DNA of 64,000 nt from Candidatus Cloacimonadota bacterium (GTDB lineage Bacteria; Cloacimonadota; Cloacimonadia; Cloacimonadales; TCS61): contig JAUVLU010000002.1 of assembly GCA_030600585.1 (NCBI GenBank), positions 2,740-66,739 of the forward strand, in the 5' to 3' direction. The notes under the pieces were generated by a model. That model saw only the letters and a program-made list of their open reading frames with translations, was not told the DNA's origin and did not search any database. Both the position numbers and the translations under genes were made by a program. Of this stretch, positions 26,079 through 33,826 are shown in pieces (the stretch's first letter is position 1; every line of letters starts with the position of its first letter).

Positions 26079-26681
26079 ATGGAAAAGATCGTAAATGCGC
26101 TTATAGCAGCAATTGAAATTTGGGATCCATATACTGCCAGACATCAGAAAAGAGTTGCTACTTTATCTTTAGCAATTGCAAGAGAAATGGGGTTTGATCA
26201 AAAACAACTAGATGTTATGAGAATTGCAGCAATTCTGCATGATATTGGTAAGATCAATCTTCCAACTGAGATTTTATGCAAGCCCGGAAAGTTGGCCGTA
26301 TGTGAATACAATCTCATAAAAATGCATTCTGAAGCAGGATATCAGATATTAAAGAAAATTGATTTTCCCGAAGAAATCGCTGAGATCGTTTTTCAACATC
26401 ATGAATCGTTAGATGGAAGTGGATATCCGCGCGGACTCAAGGGAGATGATATTTGCATAGAAGCCAGGATATTGCATATATCTGATGTGGTTGAAGCAAT
26501 CTCTGCAGACAGACCTTATAGACCGGCAAATGGTATCGAAGAAGCTTTAAAAGAAATTGAAAATGATATTGACGGCAAGTACGATATTAATGCTTGTAAT
26601 ATATGTTTAGACCTATTTAGATATCAGAATTTCAAAATAAAAGAGATTCAAATGCGTGATATAGAACGAACAAGTAGTTAA
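26079..26681 (+). CDS. Stand-alone HD-GYP domain protein
   Basis: The ATG at 26079 is preceded by GGGAG; the track start at 26052 is a TTG without an RBS. Contains HDIGKINLP and FQHHESLDGSGYPRGL. Confidence 0.8.
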   Translation: MEKIVNALIAAIEIWDPYTARHQKRVATLSLAIAREMGFDQKQLDVMRIAAILHDIGKINLPTEILCKPGKLAVCEYNLIKMHSEAGYQILKKIDFPEEIAEIVFQHHESLDGSGYPRGLKGDDICIEARILHISDVVEAISADRPYRPANGIEEALKEIENDIDGKYDINACNICLDLFRYQNFKIKEIQMRDIERTSS

Positions 26682-26722
26682 AGACTTGCAGATTTAAAAA
26701 ATTAATATGAAGGAATGAATAA

Positions 26723-27856
26723 ATGGAGCCAATCTATCTTGATTATAATGCGACCACACCGATAGACCCTGAAGTTGCAGATGTAATGATGCCGTTCCTA
26801 AAACAAAAATTCGGGAATCCGTCCAGTTCTCACTGGTTTGGAATAATTACCAGAAAAGCACTGATCAATGCCAGAGAACAAGCTGCAAACCTGATAAATT
26901 GTAAACCGGAAGAGATCATATTCACCAGCGGCGGAACCGAATCCAATAATTATGCATTAAGAGGATATGCTTTTGCCAATCGTCATAAAGGAAATCATCT
27001 CATTACATCTTCAATTGAACATCCTTCAATAATTGAAGTTTGTAAATATTTAGAAAAACATAACTTCAAAGTAACCTATCTCCCTGTAGATAAAAATGGT
27101 TTAGTCTCGGTTAAATCTGTAAAAAAGGCAGTTAGGAAAGATACAATACTTATTTCCATTATGCATGCCAATAATGAAGTCGGCACAATCCAGCCGATCG
27201 CAAAAATTGCAGAAGTTGCCAACGAAAACGGAATATGTATGCATACCGATGCAGCTCAATCTCTTGGAAAGATCCCGGTTGATGTCTCAGAATTAAATAT
27301 TGATCTTCTTTCAATTGCCGGACACAAAATTTATGCTCCCAAAGGTATCGGCGCACTTTATATTAAACAAGGAATAAAACTGGAAAAACTGATACTTGGA
27401 GCTAAACAGGAAAACGGCTGCCGATCCGGGACAGAAAACATTCTTGAGATCGTTGGTTTGGGAAAAGCTTGCGAAATCGCTAAACAGAATCTTCCTGAGA
27501 ATTATGAACATCTTAAAGCGATGCAGGATAGATTATGGAATGGATTAGTTCGTGAGATCCCCGATGTTAGATTAAACGGACATCCTGAAAAAAGATTACC
27601 AAATACTTTGAACGTAAGCTTCCTGAATATGAATGAATATTTCCAGATATCTTTATTCCTTGAGATCGCAGCTTCAGCCGGAGCAGCTTGTCATTCCAAT
27701 AGCTTTACGTTTTCTCCGGTTCTGGAAGCTATGAATGTGCCTATTGAATATGCAAAGGGAACTATCCGTTTTTCAACCGGTAAAATGACAACTAAAAAAG
27801 AAATAGACAGTGCAATAAAAAAAATAACTGAAATTTATAATACTCAGATAAGGTAA
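26723..27856 (+). CDS. Cysteine desulfurase (NifS/IscS-like class V aminotransferase)
   Basis: 377 aa. Contains LDYNATTP, the PLP lysine in SIAGHKIYAPKGIGALY, and the active-site Cys in SAGAACHS. Confidence 0.9.
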   Translation: MEPIYLDYNATTPIDPEVADVMMPFLKQKFGNPSSSHWFGIITRKALINAREQAANLINCKPEEIIFTSGGTESNNYALRGYAFANRHKGNHLITSSIEHPSIIEVCKYLEKHNFKVTYLPVDKNGLVSVKSVKKAVRKDTILISIMHANNEVGTIQPIAKIAEVANENGICMHTDAAQSLGKIPVDVSELNIDLLSIAGHKIYAPKGIGALYIKQGIKLEKLILGAKQENGCRSGTENILEIVGLGKACEIAKQNLPENYEHLKAMQDRLWNGLVREIPDVRLNGHPEKRLPNTLNVSFLNMNEYFQISLFLEIAASAGAACHSNSFTFSPVLEAMNVPIEYAKGTIRFSTGKMTTKKEIDSAIKKITEIYNTQIR

Positions 27857-27861
27857 TAACT

Positions 27862-28803
27862 TTGTCTGTATTAAATATTGAGATCAAAGCAAGATGTAAA
27901 TATCCGGAAAAGATCCGAAATATTCTAAAAGATAAAAATGCCTTTTTCAAAGGTACAGACAAGCAGAAAGATACCTATTTTAAAGTTAAGAACGGACGCC
28001 TTAAATTGCGGGAAGGCAAGATTGAATACAGTCTTGTTTATTACGACAGAGAAGACATATCCGGTCCCAAACATTCCGATGTTCTATACTATCACCCCAG
28101 AAAAGAAAACCTAATAAAACAACAGCTTCAAAAAGCGATCGGAATTCTAATTGTCGTAAATAAAAAAAGAGAAATATACTATATTAATAATGTAAAATTC
28201 CATATCGATGAAGTTGATGAACTGGGTAGTTTTGTGGAAATCGAAGCAATTGATAAAACCGGAAATATCGGAGCAGAAAAACTTTATGAGCAGTGCAAAG
28301 AATACCTCTCATTGTTCCAAATACAAGAAAAAGACCTGATAAATAATTCTTATAGTGATATGCTGATGAAAAATGATATGCAGATTATTGAGGGAACAAT
28401 TAAGCAGGCTGTAGAAATTTCAAAACAGATACCGGAATTTGTAAATCCTTATAAAGCTGATGAATATGAGAAAAGATTGAAAGATAAATGGCATCTTATT
28501 CTCATCGCTTATTTCAAAGGAAAGCCTGCCGGATTTAAAGCCGGCTATCGGATCGATGATCATTTTTATTCCTGGATGGGGGGAGTTATTCCAAAATTTC
28601 GACAGAAAAAAATAGCTACAGAATTAGCACGTTCCCAACAAAACAGGGTTAAAGAAAAAGGTATGAAAACAATTAAAATGAAAACACGTAATAAACATAA
28701 AGCCATGCTCCATTTTGCACTATCTGACGGATTTTACATTACAGGCCTGAAAAAGCAGAATAACAAAAAAGAAACTAGAATATTTCTGGACAAAGAACTC
28801 TAA
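27862..28803 (+). CDS. CYTH (CyaB-like) domain fused to a GNAT acetyltransferase-like domain
   Basis: 313 aa. The N-terminus LNIEIKARC...DTYF...GRLKLRE...FVEIEA is the CYTH ExExK-type signature. The C-terminal half (GFKAGYRID...FRQKKIATELAR...MKTRNKHKAML.FALSDGF) looks GNAT-like. Confidence 0.55.
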   Translation: MSVLNIEIKARCKYPEKIRNILKDKNAFFKGTDKQKDTYFKVKNGRLKLREGKIEYSLVYYDREDISGPKHSDVLYYHPRKENLIKQQLQKAIGILIVVNKKREIYYINNVKFHIDEVDELGSFVEIEAIDKTGNIGAEKLYEQCKEYLSLFQIQEKDLINNSYSDMLMKNDMQIIEGTIKQAVEISKQIPEFVNPYKADEYEKRLKDKWHLILIAYFKGKPAGFKAGYRIDDHFYSWMGGVIPKFRQKKIATELARSQQNRVKEKGMKTIKMKTRNKHKAMLHFALSDGFYITGLKKQNNKKETRIFLDKEL

Positions 28804-28841
28804 TATTTTGATTTGCTATACAATGAATTAAACGTTAGAGA

Positions 28842-29462
28842 GTGATGAAAATGAAAAAATTTAAAATATTATTTATCTTAATATTGATATTAGTAAGTAT
28901 AAATCTATCTGCTGGTAAAATGCAATATATTTTTGGAATAAATGGAGCCGCATATTATCCCGAATATCCCGAATATAAATACGATGAACCTGTTTTGGGT
29001 CTTCAAGCACAATTGGATCTTTTTAATATTATCGATGTAATGGGGATCGGTGGTTCAACATTTCAAAAAGTTTATACGTTCGATGACAGATTCAGTTTGA
29101 TGAGATCATATAACCTTTATCTTCATAATTTTGCAAATTACTCAACTAAAGATTCCTATTTTACCTATGGATTTTACGGCGGTGTTAAACGTTCTGAGAT
29201 AGATTATGAGCAGCCTGAAACAGCTAACGAACGAAGCATAACAATTTATAGACCTCTTTTAGGTTTTCGTTTTGCTTCCGAAATATGGGGAATGGATATC
29301 AGTTGGACGCAAGCCGAGAACAGAAAACCTATTTTAGGATATGAACTCAAGTTCCGTAATTCCAGGGGAATGTTAATGCGTATTGGAAGAATTAATAGAG
29401 GATTAATAACCGGTATCGATTCTGAATTTTATGTTCTTCTCGGTTATGAATTTTTTAAGTAA
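28842..29462 (+). CDS. Hypothetical exported protein, possible small OM beta-barrel
   Basis: 206 aa, with a signal peptide (KKFKILFILILILVSINLSA) and an aromatic-rich alternating pattern. Confidence 0.4.
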   Translation: MMKMKKFKILFILILILVSINLSAGKMQYIFGINGAAYYPEYPEYKYDEPVLGLQAQLDLFNIIDVMGIGGSTFQKVYTFDDRFSLMRSYNLYLHNFANYSTKDSYFTYGFYGGVKRSEIDYEQPETANERSITIYRPLLGFRFASEIWGMDISWTQAENRKPILGYELKFRNSRGMLMRIGRINRGLITGIDSEFYVLLGYEFFK

Positions 29463-29465
29463 TTT

Positions 29466-30002
29466 ATGAAAGACCTTTCCATCTCTGCACTAAATACAAA
29501 TCTTTATGCAATCCCAATTGTACTGATCTCGATCATTTGCCTGGTATTTCCATTTGTGTTAATTTGGGACTGGCAAACTTTCACCAAAGGATTTCTTTCG
29601 ATCTATCTATCTCTTCCCTATTATATTACAGCATTTATTCTGGGAATTTTTCTTCATGAAATCCTTCATGCTATTGGATTTATTATCTTTGGAAAACTGA
29701 ATATCAAACAAGTTAAAATTGGAATAAAATGGAAATATCTCACACCATTTGCACATTGTAAAGTCCCGCTGAAAGCATCTGTTTATCGCATTGCATTAGT
29801 TCTGCCGGCAATTCTATTGGGAATTATTCCTTCTATTATTGCTTTAATTTTGGGAAAGAGCTGGCTGTTAATTTATGGAACTCTTTTCACGGTTTTAGCC
29901 GGTGGAGATTTTCTAATTTTTTGGGTCATTCGGAAAGTAAAAGCAGATGAATTGGTAAAAGATCATCCCGAAAGATGCGGATGCTTTATAATTAATAATT
30001 AA
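29466..30002 (+). CDS. Membrane protein with HExxH motif (DUF3267-like putative zinc peptidase)
   Basis: 178 aa, four TM helices, with FLHEILHAIGF inside a TM segment. Confidence 0.5.
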   Translation: MKDLSISALNTNLYAIPIVLISIICLVFPFVLIWDWQTFTKGFLSIYLSLPYYITAFILGIFLHEILHAIGFIIFGKLNIKQVKIGIKWKYLTPFAHCKVPLKASVYRIALVLPAILLGIIPSIIALILGKSWLLIYGTLFTVLAGGDFLIFWVIRKVKADELVKDHPERCGCFIINN

Positions 30003-30221
30003 TTCTCGTCACCCTGACGAATCTTATACGTTGCTCTCCTAAGGAAGGGTCATACATTATTAAACCCTCTTTAATAAGCCGTAGGCTTATAAATTCTCCC
30101 TTACAAAGGGAGACTCCTACAAAACCAGACTCGTGTTATTTTCGACTCGAAAGATATATCAAGTCGAAGTAATTTATTAAAAAGATTTCGAGTCGTTGTT
30201 CCTTACGACCCGATGAATAAT

Positions 30222-30419
30222 TTAATCTTGTTTCTTCTTAAAATAATCTAAAACTCCAAGCGACATCAATACACCGATTGCTGCGAATATTACTCCAAGA
30301 GTGGTTAAGGTAATTGCAAGAATACTTATTTTCCCAATTAATAATTGTCCTATAATGCTCAAAGTAAGTCCGATAGCTGTAAATTTTAGCGCATTCAATT
30401 TATTTATCTTTATTTTCAT
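30222..30419 (-). CDS. Small two-TM membrane protein, unknown function
   Basis: 65 aa with two clear hydrophobic helices. The coding call is weak. Confidence 0.35.
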   Translation of the reverse strand: MKIKINKLNALKFTAIGLTLSIIGQLLIGKISILAITLTTLGVIFAAIGVLMSLGVLDYFKKKQD

Positions 30420-30884
30420 ATTTAACCTTATGAAGAAAATTTATAAAGATATACTATTTAAGCAAGAAGAAATGAAAGAAGGGTGATCGTTCTCCCGAAA
30501 TAATTCTGGAAACCGCAGGAAGAAAAATTGTCATCCTGCCTGCCAAGCCATAGTAGCACGAAGGCTGGAGCGGAGACGAAGGATAATTCACCGCAAAGAC
30601 GCTAAGTACGCAAAGAAAGACAACTATTGAATAAATCTGTCTTTCTGAACCCCATCCCAACCCTTCCCCTTAAACTAATGGGAAGGGAGTTTTACTCGTT
30701 CCTCCGGTATTTAACGGATGGTCTTGAACCTAACAATGGCTAATTGCACCGCTTCGACTCGACGTTTCTCTTTCGAGTCGAAACTCAGAATTATTTTCTA
30801 ATTGACACATAATAATAATATTTACAAATTCGGTTTTGATTTAATAATTAATTTGCAACATTAGAATTTAGGGGAGAAGTTTTG

Positions 30885-31046
30885 AAATTTATACAAAAGA
30901 TTTGGGGACATAAGAATTTAAAAACCCCGATACATTTTTTCAAAACTATGGGGAAGGCAACAGAAATTTATATACATATCACAAAAAAAGGACTCAGTAA
31001 AATTAAGAATCCACTTGATAACTTGAATATTGAGGATGAATTATAA
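30885..31046 (+). pseudogene. C-terminal remnant of a tyrosine recombinase/integrase
   Basis: A 54-codon open frame, KFIQKIWGHKNLKTPIHFFKTMGKATEIYIHITKKGLSKIKNPLDNLNIEDEL*, matches the integrase C-terminus (..LLGH.s.kTTeIYtHv....l..i.sPLD.L) including the catalytic-Tyr box. That box appears partly duplicated. No upstream integrase sequence remains. Confidence 0.7.
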
Positions 31047-31123
31047 AGGTGCGCAATAACTCTGATATTGAAGTTATGACGAACCTTTTTGGTGTAACTA
31101 GAGGTTAGTTATGTGCACCTTTT
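31045..31123 (+). other. Long imperfect hairpin in the RT leader (candidate cis-RNA element or element boundary)
   Basis: aaaggtgcgcaataact (31045-31061) pairs with agttatgtgcacctttt (31107-31123), giving 16 bp with one G-U and one bulge. Mutually exclusive small hairpins (ataact/agttat, taacta/tagtta) lie inside. Confidence 0.45.
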
Positions 31124-31170
31124 ATAAGGGCGCAGCGTGCATATGTTAGCTGCTATCAGAGGTAAAATAT

Positions 31171-33084
31171 ATGGCTCAAAGTTATAATTTAGGAAGTTTT
31201 CTTAAACTCGAATATGTAGAAAAGGGATTTGAGTTACTAAAAAAACAAATTGAAGAAAATACTCATACTTTTAAAACACTCGAATTAGAGATTTACAGAA
31301 AAGAAGATTATCTAAATGGATTTGATATTATGAATTATTACAATGTTTATATAAAAAAAGATGTCTTTTACAATTATCCAAATCTTTTTTATAATAATTC
31401 GTACACAATGCCGAAAAGTAATTTAGGTGTCAGAAGTTTCAATTTCACTTCATTTAGATTAATGATTCTTTATTATTCATTAGGTTTTTATCTTCACAAT
31501 GTAATTTCATCATCTTTGATTGAATTAGAAGTAATAAAAAAAGAAAAAAATATTAATACATATTATGGTGGCAAACTTAATTACGATAACCCTTCAGCAA
31601 GTAAAATATATTATCATAATGATTACAAATCATTTTTGAAGGGTATTAATAATTCAGCAACAGAAATTATTAAAGACAACAAAAAAGCTATTGTTATCAA
31701 AATGGATATTCAAGATTATTTCAATAATATTGATCACCTTACTTTATTGAAAATTATTGAAAATTATTCTATCCCTTCTGTAAAACAAAATAAGAGTTTC
31801 AATCCAGAATCTAAAGACTCAATATTACAATTACTAAATTTTATTGTTGAGGATAAAAAGGGTTTACCTCTGTCAGCTAATAATATAATTTCAAACTATT
31901 TGAGTTATATTTATTTAATTGAATTGGACGATTATGTGAGGAAAAACATATTAACAAAATCTAATTTTAAGTATTTTCGATATGTCGATGATTTTTATAT
32001 CATTTATTCAGTTGAAAAGACAAAACTGAATGATGAAATTGGAAATATTAATTTCAAAATTTGTACCTCTGTATCAGACTTTCTTATGCACAAATTATCC
32101 TTACGTATTAACAATCTTAAATCAAAAATAAATATTATTGAAAACGAAGATCAACTTATTAAATTTAAATCTTTAAGTAAATTTTTTAGTTTTCCTCCTG
32201 ATATTGAAGTTCAAGATGAGAAATTAAGGAACAATTTTACAAAAGTTATTGAAGTTATTGAAAGATTAAAAGCAGATTTCAAAACTTTTGGTGAGGCTTC
32301 TTTAGATTCTGAAGACGACTCGTTATTAAAAGAAATGTTTCTTACATCAGTGAAAAATGATCAGATGTCAAATTACGTAAAATCTAAAGAAGCTATTAAA
32401 CAATTGGACAAAGCTTTTCTTGGCTGGAATTTCATTCTAACATTAAATAATATTAAATCATTGATGTTTTTTATCGGAAGTTCAAATAAAAGTTTTAAAA
32501 AACTCGAAAAATATCTAAAAGATAATTTTAAAGATATTGTCAAAAAAACTCAATATTTATACCTTCTTGAGCGAGTTTTGCTTAATGAAAAATATTCAAA
32601 TTCTTTAGATACAAACTTTATTGCAAATTATGTGAATTGCATTCCCTATTATGAAATACTAAAAAGAATAGTATTTCCTAAAATTGATAAAAATGAAAAT
32701 GATTTACCTTTTGACGATAACCTTCTTAATAGTTTAAATAGTTTAACCCAACAAATCAAACTGATGCATTTAGCTGAAAAAATGCAAAATTATAATGTAG
32801 CATTTAATCATCTATTGAATTCATTACATTATTATTGCTTTCATAATTTTTCTACACCAAAAAAATTAAAAAATTATGACCGTAATGATTTAGTAAAAGA
32901 TATTAAACAATTTCTAACATTAAGAGAAATTAGTTTTGTCATATCTTTTTTCGATAGAAGAAATAAAAACAGTATATCACATCCTGGAGAGAATGAGCTT
33001 ATTAACTGGATTGTTGGTAAAAAAGAATATTATGATTACAAAACAAAGTTAAAAGTAATTATAAAAAAACTAAACAGCAGCTAA
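31171..33084 (+). CDS. Reverse transcriptase with C-terminal HEPN-type Rx6H motif (AbiA-like, defence-associated RT)
   Basis: 637 aa. RT motifs: TMPKSNLGVRSF (1/2), IVIKMDIQDYFNNIDH (A, Asp codon at 31705), GLPLSANNIISNYLSYIYLIELD (B), FRYVDDFYII (C, YVDD at 31981-31992) and LSLRINNLKSKI (D/E). The C-terminus has FFDRRNKNSISHPGE, i.e. R-x6-H (32959-32982). Size and architecture equal lactococcal AbiA. The gene is visibly more AT-rich than its neighbours. Confidence 0.85.
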   Translation: MAQSYNLGSFLKLEYVEKGFELLKKQIEENTHTFKTLELEIYRKEDYLNGFDIMNYYNVYIKKDVFYNYPNLFYNNSYTMPKSNLGVRSFNFTSFRLMILYYSLGFYLHNVISSSLIELEVIKKEKNINTYYGGKLNYDNPSASKIYYHNDYKSFLKGINNSATEIIKDNKKAIVIKMDIQDYFNNIDHLTLLKIIENYSIPSVKQNKSFNPESKDSILQLLNFIVEDKKGLPLSANNIISNYLSYIYLIELDDYVRKNILTKSNFKYFRYVDDFYIIYSVEKTKLNDEIGNINFKICTSVSDFLMHKLSLRINNLKSKINIIENEDQLIKFKSLSKFFSFPPDIEVQDEKLRNNFTKVIEVIERLKADFKTFGEASLDSEDDSLLKEMFLTSVKNDQMSNYVKSKEAIKQLDKAFLGWNFILTLNNIKSLMFFIGSSNKSFKKLEKYLKDNFKDIVKKTQYLYLLERVLLNEKYSNSLDTNFIANYVNCIPYYEILKRIVFPKIDKNENDLPFDDNLLNSLNSLTQQIKLMHLAEKMQNYNVAFNHLLNSLHYYCFHNFSTPKKLKNYDRNDLVKDIKQFLTLREISFVISFFDRRNKNSISHPGENELINWIVGKKEYYDYKTKLKVIIKKLNSS

Positions 33085-33096
33085 CAAACGTGTCAG

Positions 33097-33670
33097 GTGC
33101 GTCACGAGGTGTGATATTGTCAGTTGGTTAAAATCCAACGCATTTAATTTTCCGTTCAGATGGAAGTGATGGAGATGGCTTGATTCGGTAACGAGTCGGT
33201 CAAAGCTCTCCTAATCGTTAAATAAGCCGTAGCGTAAGCGAACAGATTAGCTTCGTTAATTGTAATTTGCAGTCGGCGAGTCTCTTGGGCTTGATGAAGC
33301 CTGCTACTCAACAGGAAGAAACGGAAAGTAGCACTGTTGAGGACTGTCGGAGTTGTAACTGATGGCGTGTTTGAGAATGATAATGTCATAGACGTGAGAG
33401 AGCCTTTATATCAAAGATTGGCAATCTTAAATGTTTTTCTATAAGGGAAATCTGAAATGAAAAGCAGGTATAAAGGCAGTCGGAGATGCCCATAGTAGTG
33501 TTGATATTTGGTTCATAACTATGGGCTTATAAATCCAGCGAGATATACTTTTGTTTGATACTTATGAATGCTTAAGATGAATCTTGTCGGTAAGCCGTAT
33601 GCGGGAAAACCGCCCGTCCGGTTTGATGAGGGTTGCAGGTTCTCCATTTGGAAACCTGCTTCTACTCTAC
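33097..33670 (+). mobile_element. ORF-less group II intron ribozyme (or decayed remnant)
   Basis: Starts with GTGCG at 33097. Domain V is AAGCCGTATGCGGGAAAACCGCCCGTCCGGTTT at 33592-33624, with the AGC triad, a GAAA-type loop and a CGU.CGGUU 3' strand. A domain VI-like hairpin (GCAGGUU...AACCUGC) follows, with a candidate branch A seven nucleotides before the ...CUCUAC end. There is no room for an intron-encoded protein in domain IV. The segment is clearly GC-richer than its flanks. Confidence 0.7.
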
Positions 33671-33826
33671 CGGGGATGTGCAAATTGGCAACCCTTGACT
33701 TTGATTTGCTCATCTCTTATCAGATTAGCTTGAACTTAGAATTATGAGCAAGCTCAAATCCCAAACTCAATCCAATCTGACGTGGCACGCCGGCATTAGC
33801 AGCTATTTAAAAAATTGGAGGATAGA

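Noticed and set aside
30454-30660. 68-aa minus-strand ORF (…VVFLCVLSVFAVNYPSSP…)
   Set aside because: It falls in the hairpin-module mosaic. Translations of this kind are by-products of repeat DNA, and there is no RBS.
31045-31123. Integron attC site next to an integrase fragment
   Set aside because: The outer arms do not fit the RYYYAAC / GTTRRRY core sites. The recombinase fragment is co-oriented rather than divergent and shows nothing IntI-specific.
31171-33084. Retron or diversity-generating retroelement (DGR)
   Set aside because: The RT is about twice the size of retron or DGR RTs and carries a HEPN-type tail. No msr/msd-like a1/a2 repeats with a conserved branching G were evident. The nearby repeated T9SS tails (36038 versus 39716) differ by mixed transitions and transversions, not by the adenine-specific changes expected of a TR/VR pair.
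33156-33713. Minus-strand ORFs of 77 and 64 aa
   Set aside because: They lie antisense within the group II intron ribozyme. The GC-rich structured RNA generates spurious open frames.
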